A stretch of DNA of 64,000 nucleotides. It comes from Eledone cirrhosa. Lineage: Eukaryota. The stretch spans positions 23,374,001 to 23,438,000 of the forward strand of contig OZ024741.1 of the NCBI GenBank assembly GCA_964016885.1, written 5' to 3'. Below, piece by piece: positions 25,501 to 36,126 of this stretch (positions within the stretch are counted from its first letter, which is position 1; the number at the start of each line of letters is the position of its first letter). The position numbers and the translations under genes were made by a program. Under the pieces are notes generated by a model. The model ran no database searches. It was given only the letters and a program-made list of their open reading frames with translations, and was not told where the DNA came from.

Positions 25501-28500
25501 TATTGCATTGTGTCCAGATCAGACTGCAAGCAAGATCTATAGTGTTCAGGATCTGTCCTTTTTATCTCAAGGTACAGCTTGATGTCGTCTGCGTATTTCA
25601 GTACTGTGGCATTCTTTAAGTTGGCATCTATGTCATTAATATATGCCACAAACAAAAGGGGGCCAAGAACAGATCCCTGTGGTACACCAGATGACATCTC
25701 ATATGGTGAGGAATGCTGTCCCAGAACCGTGACTACCTCTCTTCGACTGAGAATGAAGGACTTCAACCAGTTAAAAAGATCATCCTTCACACCCATTGCA
25801 GAGAGTTTTGCCATAAGCCTTTTGTGTGGCACAGAATTGAAGGCTTTCGCAAAGTCAAGGTAAACAACATCCACCCATGAGCCGCCATCAGTGATCCGGG
25901 TGATGTCTTCAAGAAACTCTATAAGTTGATCACAGCAGCTGGAGTTGGGGATAAATCCAAATTGCGAGGGCCGGATAAGACTGTGAGAGCTCCAGAAGTT
26001 CCAAAGTGTTTCTCTGACACAGGATTCCATCAGTTTGGCGATGCAACTAGTAAGACTGACTGGACGATAGTTCACAGGTGATGTGCGGTCACCCTTTTTG
26101 AACAGAGGAATGACACTGGCAGTTTTCCACTGTTCTGGAGTAGCACCGTTGTTCAGACAGAATTGGAAGAAGCGTGATAACTGGTGCAGAAGGAAGTACT
26201 CACCACGTTTAAGAAGCAGGTACGTAACACCATCAAGACCAGGAGAGGCATGGTTGCGTTTATTTTTTAGGTGACGTCGCAGCATTGCAGGTGTAAATTT
26301 CATGGTTGTAATAGAGTCCGGTGTTATAGGTGGTGGAGATGGTACACTCTGGTCTTCAATAGTGAAAATGCCTGCATAGCATTCAGCAATGAGCTCTGCG
26401 TATTCCTTGGGGTCGTCAGTAACCTGGCTTGTGTGGGGATTGCGAAGTGGACCAACTGGAGAGAGAGGCCTCTGCTTTTGGTGAACATACTTCAAGAACA
26501 CCTTACTGTCAGGGCTGGTTGCTATGCGCTGCTCAAATTGAAGCACTGCCTTTTTTGTCACCTGTTTAAGGTGGTTGGACGATCTATTTCGCCTCTTCCT
26601 ATTAATGTCTGATTTGTGAAGTTTGTACTCACATTCAGCATTGCGCCATTCTTTTCTGGCAAGACGGACTACTGCAGTCTCCCAAATTGCGCTTTTGGGA
26701 TGTTTTTTCCGCTTACGTGGCACTGATGCTGCACATGCTGTCCATATTGAGCTCAGGATGTACTGGAGTACAGTGTTGACATCTCCAGAGCCGTAGAACT
26801 CAAGCCAGTTTGGCCGTTGCAACTCGGTGCAGTAACAGTTCCAGTCTGCTTTATTCCAGTCAAAGTGAGCAGTTTGGAGATTGTTGTGGTTCTTGTTACT
26901 GCCCATGAGGGATAGATTGGCAATGATCATAGTATGATCAGAGTCACCTAAAGGTTCCTCAGCAGTAACACTAATGACCGTTTCAGGAGTAGTGGTGAAG
27001 AGTAGGTCCAAAGTGTTGTCACCTCTCGTTGGGGAGGTGACCACCTGGGACCAACTCGAGTCCAGCACTAGCTCAAGGAAGTCATTTGCACTTGGCGGCC
27101 AACGAAAGGTTTCCCAGTCAATCTCAGGGTGATTGAAGTCTCCTGCAATGAAAACATAAGTGGCTGTCTTCCTGGCAGCAGCTCTGAGGATATCACAAAG
27201 TTGAGTGTCCTGATGGTAATTTGGGGGACGGTAAACGACTCCAAGTAGCAGTGTTGACATGGTCATACGTATATCGCAGAAAAAAACTTCCTGCTGTGAT
27301 TGGTTCAAATCAGCACAAGGAATTGCCGACAGATTTGACCAAACGTAGACCATTACACCACCACCACCACGATTAATGCGGTCTTTACGAAACAGGTTGT
27401 AGCCAGTCATGCTGAAAACCCCATCACAGAGTAAGGGATGTGCCCAAGTTTCCGTGACTGTAATGAAGTCAGGGTTGATACTTTTGACGTAGGAGTCAAA
27501 AAGATGAATCTTATTGTATAGACTACGTGCATTCAAGGACAACAATTTGTACCTTGATTCCAGTCTATGATTATGTGCAGGGGATGGCAGGTTGTTCTGA
27601 TTTAGTTTCCCAGAGTTTTTTCAGTTTCTTTATTGTCAGTTGTTGTGGGTACATATATACATATATATATATATAAAGGAGAGAGAGAGAGAGAGTAGAA
27701 AGTAATTGTATATCTATCTACATACCCTCTGAAAAGAGTCCTTAAACTTCTGATCTCCTTTAATGTAACTGAGATGTTTACCAAGGCGCCAAGCATAGTT
27801 CAATGGAACTGAGATTTCTTCAATTGGATTGAAGACATTCTCAAATGTTTTCTCCTGCTGAGGATCTAAAAAAAACAGAGAAATAGAATGGTCAATATCA
27901 AACTGGCAGTCATCATCATCATCATCGTTTAATGTCCATCTTTCCATGGGTTACTTGAGGAAATTCTAGTTATTTTAAAAATGACAAAATTGGTGGAAAT
28001 TTGTAGAGAACCATGAAATACATATTTTTTAAAGCTCCCCTGGATGTGTGTCAGTGTGCTTGAACAACAAAGTATTGATTAACTAAGAGAAAAACTGGGC
28101 ATAAGAGCAATCAGATGCAGTGTACAGGAAAAAAGTCTGTGCCGGCATGAACATATGATGGTAATCATCATCATCATCATTTTACGTCCGCTTTTCCCTG
28201 CTTGCAAGGGAAAGACAGGAACTGATTCTGGCATGATTTCTACAGCTGGATGCCCTTCCTAACACCAACCTCATTTACAGAGAGTGCTGGGTGCTTTTTT
28301 GCCGTGGCGCCTACACGTCCACTTTACAGTGTGGGCTGGGTGCTTTTTTGCAGTGGCACCTCCACGACCACTTTGCAGTGGAATGATATGGACCCCAGTC
28401 CCTATCATTTCATTTCTACAGCTGAGTAAACTGGAGCAATGTGAAGTAAAGTGTCTTGCTCAAGGAAACAACACATCACCCGGTCTGAGAATTGAACTCA

Positions 28501-31500
28501 CAACCTTTCGATTGCAAGGCCAATGCTCTAACCACTAAACCATGTGCTTCCATAATAATGATGATGATAATGAAGATGCTGATGATGATGATAATGATGA
28601 TATAAGTAGGGAGTAAAAAGACTGAAGAAATCTATGGTACAAACCTTTTAACTCTTCTAGATGGTTTCCTAATTTAGTTTCAAATTCAATAGCAAGTTTA
28701 GCAGCACCTAAGACAACATCATTTGGTGTTATGGAACCAAATTTAGGGAGTTCTTTAAACCTCATCACAGCATTAGTTTCAGCTGTGTCTGGTGGTATTT
28801 CTGGCAATCTGTAATAATAATAAAAATATAATAGGTTTTCAAAAGAAAAGAAAGAGGCAATACATAAAAATATGTAGTTCACACGCACAATACAATATAC
28901 ACAGTACTCTCTGCAAAGTGGCTGGCAGTAAGAAGGGCATACAGCTATAGAAATTTTGCAAAAAGGGTAGAGAAGATTCCTCAGTCGGATTACCTCATGG
29001 ACATGACAAGATCCATTGCACTGGTGCCACAATAAAATACACCAAGAACACTCTGCAAAATGGTTGGCATCCAGCTATAAAATTTATGTCAAAAAGGTAG
29101 AGTACTCCAGTCATATCATGTCAAGGACATAAACACCCCTCAAGTGCTGGTGACACAATAACATTCACCTAGTGCACTTTGTAAAAGGGTTAACATTAGG
29201 AAAGGCATCCAGCCAAAGAAACCTTGTGACAAAAAGGAATGCATTCAATAACAACTTGGTCTGTAAGAACCTGTCCAACCAATCCCTGCATGGGAAAACA
29301 GACATAAAATGGTGATGATGATGATGATCCAAACACTGGTTTTATAACCTTTATGGTGGGTACAGATGGCCATTTTGTTTTGCCTTTCTTTTTGTAAAAC
29401 TCTTTAGCATTTAAACCGGCCATATCCCGTCACTCATGCTTATGATAAGATATTACTCTCAAAATAAATAATATCAAAATCTCATAGATTTGATATGTGA
29501 AATAATTATGTGAAGTAAAGCCCTTTCTGTGAACATACAGTAGTAAATATAGAGTAATGTAAATGCTGAAGGGTTAATGATTTAAAGGAAGAGCAGTGCC
29601 CATTATTGTCAAGGCCTTCAAGACAGGTGTGCAGAAGGTATCCTCACATTGGGTACCTTGCCCAAATGCGTGCAACTGAGTGGAATTTGCTAAAGTTACC
29701 CATGGAACAGGTAGTAGTATTAACCCTTCTAATACCAAATGACCTAAAACAACCCCTGGTTCTATCATACAAAATTATTTGTTTTGAATTGTTTATATTT
29801 ATCTAAATACCTTCCCATAATTTTATGTAAAATCTTTTTAAGTTATGCTCCAAACGCCACATAAATACATTCTTTGGCTCTACCGAGTTCATTTTCTCAT
29901 GACACTAATGGGGTTGGAATGACTTTGATACAGCTGAATTTTCCTGACTCTATGTTTGGCAAGTTTTCTAGTTAGATGTTCTTCCTATCACCTACCATTT
30001 TACAGAATGTACTGAGCACATTTATTGTGTAGATCACCAATACTCCAGAGGTTGTCATTCCCCTGACACAGCTGAAGGGTTTCCTAGCATGGTTTCTACA
30101 GTTAGATGCCATTCCTATCACCAACCACCTTACAGAGTGTCATCGGTGCAGTTTTCATAGCCCCAGCACTAGAGAGGTTGTTGGACATGGTATCCACATA
30201 ATGAACTAAACTATGTCTGGTGCTAGTGCCATGATAAAATGCACCCAACTCATGCTGTAAAGTGGTTGGTGATAGGAAGGGCATCCATCCAGAAAGGTTC
30301 TGCCAGCACAATATACAGTATTAAAGATAATTGTGTATACAATACTAATACTTCCTGGTAGAATGGGTCACAGGTGGCAGATAGCAATACGGTCACCAGA
30401 TATTATGGTTAGTTGCGATATAACCAGGCTCCTGCCGGATGAATAAGTAACCCTGGAAGAGAAGTAAGTGTAAAAACCAATCTCACTATCTTCAATTCAG
30501 CATTTGTGCCAACCCTTACCTATGAACACGAATCTTGAGTAATGACTGAAAGAATATGATCATGAATACAAGCAGCCGAAATAGGATTCCTCCGAAAGGT
30601 CTTTGGAGTAACGTTACTCGAAGACCGTTGCTCGGAGACCAGAGGTTCACTCCAGGTAGAACCGATACTTCTCCAAATTGAGAGATCACAGCTCCGATAC
30701 TATGGACATGTGTTTAGAATGTCCCAGGAAAGAATCACTAGACAGATTTGAGAGATCACAGCTCTGATACTATGGACATGTGTTTAGAATGTCCCAGGAA
30801 AGAATCACTGGACAGATTTGAGAGATCACAGCTCCAATACTATGGACATGTGTTTAGAATGTCCCAGGAAAAAATCACTGGACAGATTTGAGAGATCACA
30901 GCTCCAATACTATGGACATGTGTTTAGAATGTCCCAGGAAAGAATCACTGGACAGATTTGAGAGATCACAGCTCTGATACTATGGACGTGTTTAGAATGT
31001 CCCAGCAAAGAATCACTGGACAGATTTGAGAGATCACAGCTCCAATACTATGGACATGTGTTTAGAATGTCCCAGGAAAGAATCACTAGACAGATTTGAG
31101 AGATCACAGCTCCAATACTATGGACATGTGTTTAGAATGTCCCAGGAAAGAATCACTGGACAGATTTGAGAGATCACAGCTCCAATACTATGGACATGTG
31201 TTTAGAATGTCCCAGGAAAAAATCACTGGACAGATTTGAGAGATCACAGCTCCAATACTATGGACATGTGTTTAGAATGTCCCAGAAAAGAATCACTGGA
31301 CAGATTTGAGAGATCACAGCTCTGATACTATGGACGTGTTTAGAATGTCCCAGGAAAGAATCACTGGACAGATTTGAGAGATCACAGCTCCAATACTATG
31401 GACATGTGTTTAGAATGTCCCAGGAAAGAATCACTGGACAGATTTGAGAGATCACAGCTCCAATACTATGGACATGTGTTTAGAATGTCCCAGGAAAGAA

Positions 31501-34500
31501 TCACTGGACAGATTTGAGAGATCACAGTAGAGAAGACTATCAAGTGGCCAGGAGGGAGGCTAGGAGACAAGTGTACTTCGCAAGAAGGGAAGCAGAGGAA
31601 AGAAAGTTCAAGCATGTTCTACAACGCGAGGACCAAAAACGTGAGGTGTTCAGGATTGCTAGGCAATGTGTCAAGGAAAACCGTGATATTGTTGGGGAGA
31701 AGTGTGTACTTAATGATGACGGCGTACTTGCCATCACCGACGCTGATAAGAAGGTAGCTTGGAAGTGTCACTATGAAAGGCTACTAAATGAGGAGAATAA
31801 ATGGGAGAAAGACAGTCTCCCCCACATCGACCCAATAGAGGGACCAGCAGTGTTAGTCGAGGGTAGTATAATAAGTAAGGCAATCAAGGATATGAAGACG
31901 GGTAAGGCGGCTGGGCCTTCGGAAATAGTTACTGAGATGCTGAAAGCATCTGGCTCGGTGGGACACACCTTGGTCACCTGGATAGTTAACTAAGTCGTAC
32001 AGAATGGGGTTGTTCCGAAGGACTGGCATAGCAGCATCATCGTTAACTGTTATAAGGGTAAAGGAGATGCCCTAGATAGGAGTAACTATAGAGGCATTAA
32101 ACTAATCGACCAGGTCATGAAGGTCACGGAAAAAGTAATAGCGCAACTAATCAGAGAGAGAATTGACCTAGATGAAATACAGTTCGGGTTTGTGTCAGGC
32201 AAAAGTACCACAGACGCTCTTTTCATTGTACGTCAACTACAGGAGAAGTACCTAGCTAAAGGTAAACCCCTCTACTTAGCTTTTGTCGACTTGGAGAAAG
32301 CCTTCGACAGAGTGTCCCGTTCCATTATCTGGTGGGCCCTTAGAAAACTAGGTGTTGACGAATGGCTTGTGAGAGCTATACAAGCCATGTATAAAGAAAC
32401 AGTCAGCAAGGTTAGAATTAACAACGAATATAGTGAATAGTTTAGCGTAAAAGTTGGCGTCCATCAGGGCTCTGTTCTCAGCCCCCTACTATTTATTATT
32501 GCCCTTCAGGCTATAACAGAGGAGTTCAAGACCGGCTGCCCATGGGAACTCCTATACGCAGACGACCTGACACTCATAGCTGAATCAATGGCCGAGCTAG
32601 AGAAGAAATTCCAAACATGGAAGCACGGCCTAGAATCAAAAGGCCTTAAAATTAACCTGGCTAAGACTAAAGTTCTAGTTTGTAGGAAAGAAAATAAGGC
32701 GCCGGTCCCTTCCGGGAAATGGCCATGCTCAGTGTGTAGGAAAGGCGTAGGTAGAAACTCTATTTTATGTCCCAAATGCAAAGTATGGGTGCATAAAAGA
32801 TGTAGTGGGATCACAGGTAAGCTAACTAAGAACTTAGATTTTACATGTGGGCGGTGCTCTGGTGCAATAAGTAGCAGCGAGTGCCCACAAAATACTAACT
32901 CTTTCAATTGCGCAGAGGGCTCTATAGAAATAGTGGACAGCTTCCGTTACCTGGGTGACAAAATCAGCAGTGGGGGAGGGTGCTCCGAAAGTACAGTAGC
33001 TAGAGTCAGAACTGGATGGAAAAAGTTCAGAGAGCTTATACCACTATTAGCCGCTAAAGGGTTCTCCCTAAAAATGAAAGTCAGGTTGTATGATGCCTGC
33101 ATACGAACAGCAATGTTGCATGGCAGTGAGACCTGGGCATTGTGCGCAGAGGATATACGCAGACTAGAGAGGAACGAAGCTTGCATGCTCCGCTGGATGT
33201 GTAATAGTAATATATGTGAACGGCAAAGCATAAACGAAATAAGGAAAAAATTAGAAATAAGAGGGATCAGATGTTGTTTACTCGAGAGAAGGCTACGTTG
33301 GTACGGTCACGTGATGCGCATGAAAGTCGATAGCTGAATAACAAAGTGCAGGGCAATAAAGATAGACGGTAGTCACGGAATAGGCAGACCTAGAAAATCC
33401 TGGGACGAGCTGATAAACTCCGACCTCACACACTTACACCTCTCCAAGACAATGTCACTGGACCGAGACCTTTGGCGGTACTCAGTAATAGAGAAGACCC
33501 GCCTTACCTAAATACATAGTAAAACCTACTACAGCCAGTAGCCATCTCTAACAAAATACACCCCCGTCCCACCACCCCCACCCCATCCACACCACCCCGT
33601 TCTATGTAAAGTTATGTTGGTGCCACAACATCCAGGCCGAAACAAATGAGATCGTGTAGGTGTCACGACAAAAAAACACACAGTCCACGCTGTAATGTGG
33701 CCGTGTAGGCAACACGGTAAAAACCTCCCAGTCCCACACTGTAAATGTGGTTGGTGTTAGGAAGGGCATCCAACTGTAGAAAACCTGCCAGACAGTCCTA
33801 TGCGAGCAAGACAATCACTCTTGCCTCAAGTGGGAAAACCCCCGTCCAAACCCATGCAAGCATGGAACACGGACCTTAAATGATGATGATGATGATGACA
33901 GCTCTGATACTATGGACGTGTTTAGAATGTCTCAGGAAAGAATCACTGGACAGATTTGAGAGATCACAGCTCCAATACTATGGACATGTGTTTAGAATGT
34001 CCCAGGAAAGAATCACTGGACAGATTTGAGAGGTCACAGCTCTGATACTATGGACGTGTTTAGAATGTCTCAGGAAAGAATCACTGGACAAATTTGAGAG
34101 ATCACAGCTCTGATACTATGGACGTGTTTAGAATGTCTCAGGAAAGAATCACTGGACAAATTTGAGAGATCACAGCTCTGATACTATGGACATGTGTTTA
34201 GAATGTCCCAGGAAAGAATCACTGGACAGATTTTATGGGCAAAAACCAACCGGCAGGAGACCCAGGGGTAGACCTCAAGCAAGATAGTTGGTTAACATCC
34301 ATGAGCTTGGTTGGTCGCACTTGGGGATCCAGTGGGATCAGTTGGAGACGGATGCTTCTGACAGGACCCACTGGAAGGAGTATATGAAGACTCTGTCCCC
34401 CATGACACTCTCAGGAATAAGTGGGAGAAGAACAACAAGAGTTAACACTAATCCTCAAGCATTCCCACATTTCCTTTCAGATACAGAGAGCTAATAAAGG

Positions 34501-36122
34501 GTGACTAAAAAAAAAAATGACCCTGTGCACGTTTTGTGTTAACGTATATTCATTTTCTAACCAATCAACTATAAATTTCAGGACATAGCAGATACATCTG
34601 AGAAGAGAAGACCCCAATGTGAGCTCCAGCACTGGATTTTCTGTGTGAAACACTACTATAAGTGCGGTTCATACAAACAAGTCCAGCAGCTAATTTCATG
34701 CATTTTTTGGGAAACAGATAAATCTCCGTTCAAAGCTAATATACAAAACTGGATGAAGATGTTTGAGAGCTGTGGGACAGTGGAAAACCTCAATACGATG
34801 TCTGAGGACCGTCCTACCCACCCTGGGCGTTTGAAAGACGTTATGCTAAACTACATCGTGCATCTAAAAAAATACATGGTGATCACTTAGAACATGTGCT
34901 GTAACTCTGGACAGAAACATCAGAAGATAGTGGATTTTTGATGTTTTTTTGTTTTGAACTAAATATATTCGTTGTTTTTGTCAAAAAATGAATAATGTAG
35001 ACAAAAATAAAAATGAGACAGTTATTGCTTGTTTGTTTTTTAGTCCCCCTGTACCAAAATATTACCCAACCACCAGAGGACTTCCCACTACAGTAAAGTA
35101 ACCCACTCAGGGCGGCCACACGTAAACACTGGACAACGAACCTTAGCCGTAGTAAGTCAGTCATAAAGGCCGGTGCTGCTACAGCCAGGCCATTACCACC
35201 AGAGGTTAGTAAATCTGTATCTGTATAATCATACATTCACCCCTCTCTGTAATACAAAATACTGACAAAGTCCATTACATCTACATACATGTACGTCAAC
35301 GAAAATATTCTACGTTTTACCAACTGGTTAACGAAAACACAAAACATTACCGTTTGTGTTTTTGTGTCTCGTGGTTTCGTTGAATTTCATAGCAAAAAAT
35401 AAACCTATAAATTAACAATTGGGGTAATCCCTTTTTTTTTTCACATCACCAACATCGATCACTTCAACCACTCGACAATTAGCGGTCTTATCGAACATGG
35501 ATATATATATATATATAAAGATTCTGTGACGTTCATTCGTGTTTTTTCTCAAGGACATTAGTTACATAAATGAAATTATTACAACTATATAGAATAATAC
35601 ATTGATTCAGAGTTAGCATCTCAACATCTTACAAATTCTCTATAGAGAAAAAATATTTATACAAGAAAGTAACAGATTAATTTTATAAGTTAAACTATGT
35701 ACTGCTTCAACAAATAGGCTGGTTCAATGAACGACACTTTACTAGGACAACTTTTGAACTCTCTTGGCTTGCTTCAACCTCCTTTCAAACAGTTGGTTCT
35801 TCAGCGGTTTAAAATAAGGAATGTAATCCTAGATCAGACGAAGTCTGTCTTTATCTCATAAATACATACATATAAACATACTGTCACGATGAGTTAAAAG
35901 AATCTGCAATAACCTTCACATGTGAAGAAGTGAAAAATCAATGTACAGAGACTCTATAAATACAATATGCTAAAAATACATTGTTTGATGTAAGTTATAG
36001 GGAACTTACAGGACGTAGTAGGATGCATTTCGGACAGATTTTTGGCAGAGTACACGCTTGAAATGTTTCGTTTGTCGCAACAAGCACCTGCCGACACGAT
36101 CTCTCACCATGGAGGCCGCCAT
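1882..36122 (-). CDS. Multi-exon gene, M3A oligopeptidase A (OpdA/PrlC)-like, mitochondrial-type presequence; 14 exons in window, 3' end outside window
   Basis: Manual splicing gives an uninterrupted 585-aa frame with GT-AG introns and matching phases. M3A-like motifs: LGYDSYAHLSMETKMAGS, WDVPYW, QYFPLSHVL, FFFDPY..GK.SGTWM, EVHMLFSEFGHGLQQML, VEWDAL, SHYQTDEPMP. Confidence 0.92.
2110..2537 (+). pseudogene. Old degraded RTE RT fragment, left half; continues at 8945-9035
   Basis: DLEKAF..VP and EFKTGCPLELLYTDDL remnants with indels. Confidence 0.8.
2684..2759. repeat. Perfect 34-bp inverted repeat with 8-nt loop
   Basis: ATGGTAAATCCGAAATAATACAGCAGAAAAACAG - agtaaatc - CTGTTTTTCTGCTGTATTATTTCGGATTTACCAT. 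Confidence 0.9.
3281..4558 (+). mobile_element. RTE LINE subfamily A, 5'-truncated, (ATG)n tail
   Basis: RT motifs GVHQGSVLSP and LLYADDL, PHD-like Cys/His cluster, RRLRWYGHV; stops and frameshifts; short 3'UTR ending GGACGTAAAATGATGATG. Confidence 0.93.
4653..8325 (+). mobile_element. Near full-length RTE LINE subfamily B (APE endonuclease + RT + PHD-like finger), frameshifted
   Basis: ORF 4920-7022 has APE motifs (TINV, CVQETRW, SAYAPQ, GDFNGHVG, LDFIL) and RT motifs (NYRGIKL, QFGF, DLEKAFD). Frameshift near 7005; continues in ORFs at 7109 and 7699; (GAT)n tail. Confidence 0.95.
9415..9582. mobile_element. piggyBac-like MITE remnant
   Basis: TTAA-CCCTTT ... AAAGGG-TTAA termini; similar ends at about 12148-12157 and 29570-29577. 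Confidence 0.55.
9631..9752 (-). CDS. Oligopeptidase A-like exon 13 (DRSNLYGLKPFSYLVLNL...EVHMLFSE)
   Basis: P..YLV.N...P....P.L....EV..LF.E motif; catcag acceptor, GAG|gtattt donor. Confidence 0.92.
9850..9985. repeat. ~43-bp tandem repeat, about 3 copies
   Basis: gtaccacaacagatgggtccacggaccacagactttgacacac repeated. Confidence 0.8.
10051..10131 (-). CDS. Oligopeptidase A-like exon 12 (DEYRASFFFDPYAHAGKISGTWMETGR)
   Basis: Corresponds to the OpdA FY.D.YAR..KRGGAWM segment; ttttcag acceptor, G|gtgaga donor. Confidence 0.92.
10543..11673 (-). mobile_element. CR1/L2-type LINE 3' fragment containing an internal 61-bp tandem array
   Basis: Homologous to 24667-25157 (VQRRATKRIP...RVAEAWNKLP). 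Confidence 0.9.
10719..11393. repeat. 61-bp minisatellite, about 11 copies, derived from CR1 ORF2 C-terminus
   Basis: Unit catggaggttttaaaggatgcagtgtctcgacagctaacaactgatgcagggagtttgttc. Confidence 0.95.
12251..12640 (+). mobile_element. tRNA-derived CORE-type SINE with RTE-derived 3' tail
   Basis: Box A (TGGTTTAGTGG) and box B (GAGTTCAATTC); CORE-like TCCTTGAGCAAGACACTT; 3' end nearly identical to the RTE-A tail. Confidence 0.88.
12868..12934 (-). CDS. Oligopeptidase A-like exon 11 (DETDQSDNSLPDVKLFGVYNEK)
   Basis: PDV..F.V motif; caacag acceptor, G|gtagga donor, phase 0/1. Confidence 0.85.
13232..13328 (-). CDS. Oligopeptidase A-like exon 10 (INESQIAQYFPLSHVLSSLFKFCEKLFGITIK)
   Basis: YFPL..VL.gLF....LFG motif; atctag acceptor, AAG|gttagt donor. 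Confidence 0.92.
14590..14730 (-). CDS. Oligopeptidase A-like exon 9 (FKNHFKPIAKEELEEL...WDVPYWRRIHKNQYY)
   Basis: L..WD..Y motif; gtttag acceptor, GG|gtgagt donor. Confidence 0.92.
14750..14977 (-). mobile_element. tRNA-derived SINE with Meta/MESC-like central domain
   Basis: Reverse complement of the 37124-37350 family (GCCTTTCATCCTTACGGGGTCAATAAAATAAAGCACCAG). Confidence 0.8.
15150..15309 (-). mobile_element. Meta-like SINE, internally deleted
   Basis: Same family as 37124-37350. Confidence 0.75.
15740..15841 (-). CDS. Oligopeptidase A-like exon 8 (QDIANILGYDSYAHLSMETKMAGSVENVLTMLE)
   Basis: Conserved M3A A.LLGY.SYA..S...KMA motif; ttttcag acceptor, gtaagt donor. Confidence 0.93.
16073..16389 (-). 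mobile_element. RTE subfamily B 3'UTR fragment
   Basis: Matches 8010-8325 in reverse complement. Confidence 0.85.
16997..17403. repeat. Compound CA/TA/CT minisatellite, same unit as 316-1760
   Basis: Direct inspection. Confidence 0.92.
17405..17804 (-). mobile_element. RTE subfamily B 3' fragment
   Basis: Matches 7930-8325 in reverse complement, with (CAT)n tail. Confidence 0.88.
17828..18015 (+). repeat. Dispersed repeat, copies also at about 15495-15690 and 20755-20945
   Basis: Shared gtggccyatttgagtggtaaacttaatccatt...aagtcatgaccac sequence; two of the copies follow a degenerate tRNA-like head. Confidence 0.7.
18406..18594 (-). CDS. Oligopeptidase A-like exon 7 (QQPKIGPWQVTLQ...HEIRLL)
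   Basis: GPW.VTL...Y..FLEHC.NR.LR..VW.AY.SRA is typical of OpdA; ttaccag acceptor, CG|gtaatc donor. Confidence 0.92.
19784..19888 (-). CDS. Oligopeptidase A-like exon 6 (SKVMVCQNMFSQWV...MMADD)
   Basis: ttgttcag acceptor, AA|gtaagt donor, 105 nt, phase 2/2. Confidence 0.88.
21267..21427 (-). CDS. Oligopeptidase A-like exon 5 (EVNADRSRLDFYQQ...QERNTF)
   Basis: ttgtacag acceptor, AG|gtaact donor, 161 nt open frame. Confidence 0.9.
21810..21878 (-). CDS. Oligopeptidase A-like exon 4 (IHSQVDQAKNERWISEPLYNAVK)
   Basis: cttttag acceptor, AAG|gtatgt donor, 69 nt, phase 0/0. Confidence 0.88.
23254..23553 (+). mobile_element. CORE-type SINE, 5'-truncated
   Basis: Homologous to 12290-12640. Confidence 0.85.
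24001..24068 (+). ncRNA. Type I hammerhead ribozyme-like motif (Penelope-type), imperfect base of stem II
   Basis: ctctat-CTGACGA-cc GATC CAGACA..TGTCTG t GATC ca-GAAA-CC ttt G-GTA-atggag; stem I is ctctat/atggag. Confidence 0.55.
24176..24645 (-). mobile_element. RTE LINE 3' fragment
   Basis: Homologous to 55680-56200 in reverse complement. Confidence 0.82.
24667..27652 (-). mobile_element. CR1-type LINE: ORF1 tail plus nearly complete ORF2 (APE + RT) with one in-frame stop
   Basis: LNARS, VTETW, YRPP, GDFN, LDL, SDH; NYRPVSLTS, YLDFAKAF, GVPQGSVLGP, YADD; TAA at 25500-25502; (ATT)n tail. Confidence 0.95.
27726..27865 (-). CDS. Oligopeptidase A-like exon 3 (DPQQEKTFENVFNPIEE...DSFQR)
   Basis: tttttttag acceptor, AGG|gtatgt donor, 140 nt, phase compatible. 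Confidence 0.9.
28164..28553 (-). mobile_element. CORE-type SINE, full length
   Basis: Reverse complement of 12251-12640. Confidence 0.88.
28645..28808 (-). CDS. Oligopeptidase A-like exon 2 (LPEIPPDTAETN...HLEELK)
   Basis: ttacag acceptor, G|gtttgt donor, 164 nt; LPKFGSITP resembles the M3A N-terminal LP.F..I.P motif. Confidence 0.9.
30678..31527. repeat. 70-bp minisatellite, about 12 copies (some 68 bp)
   Basis: Unit ttgagagatcacagctccaatactatggacatgtgtttagaatgtcccaggaaagaatcactggacagat. Confidence 0.95.
31528..33897 (+). mobile_element. RTE LINE (B-related), 5'-truncated, inserted into the 70-bp array
   Basis: RT, PHD-like finger, several stops, (TGA)n tail; ACAG is present at both junctions. 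Confidence 0.93.
33898..34229. repeat. Continuation of the 68/70-bp minisatellite, about 5 copies
   Basis: Same unit as 30678-31527. Confidence 0.93.
34495..35053 (+). mobile_element. Tc1/mariner-type DNA transposon deletion derivative
   Basis: Imperfect TIRs TA-AAGGGTGACTAAAAA ... TTTTTAGTCCCCCTG-TA; internal HTH-like transposase N-terminus (VKHYYKCGSYKQVQ...IQNWMKMFESCGTVEN...GR). Confidence 0.72.
36010..36122 (-). CDS. Oligopeptidase A-like exon 1 (MAASMVRDRVGRCLLRQTKHFKRVLCQKSVRNASYYV), predicted mitochondrial presequence
   Basis: AACATGGCGGC start context; Arg/Lys-rich peptide with a single acidic residue; donor CT|gtaagt, phase 2, joins exon 2 in frame. Confidence 0.85.
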
Positions 36123-36126
36123 GTTA
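36112..36126 (-). promoter_or_regulatory. YY1-like / strong Kozak motif overlapping the start codon
   Basis: Minus strand reads TAACATGGCGGCC, matching the YY1 consensus AANATGGCGGC often found at the starts of housekeeping and mitochondrial genes. Confidence 0.4.

Larger units (their letters stand above)
30470..34440 (+). mobile_element. RTE LINE subfamily C 3' part, expanded internally into a 70-bp array and interrupted by a younger RTE
   Basis: IQAAEIGFLRKV...IERSQLRYYGHV.RM...GRP remnants on both sides of the array. Confidence 0.8.

Noticed and set aside
34883-35236. 117-aa minus-strand ORF in intron 1 as an extra exon or gene
   Set aside because: No recognisable motifs, it runs into a transposon TIR, and exons 1 and 2 already join in frame.
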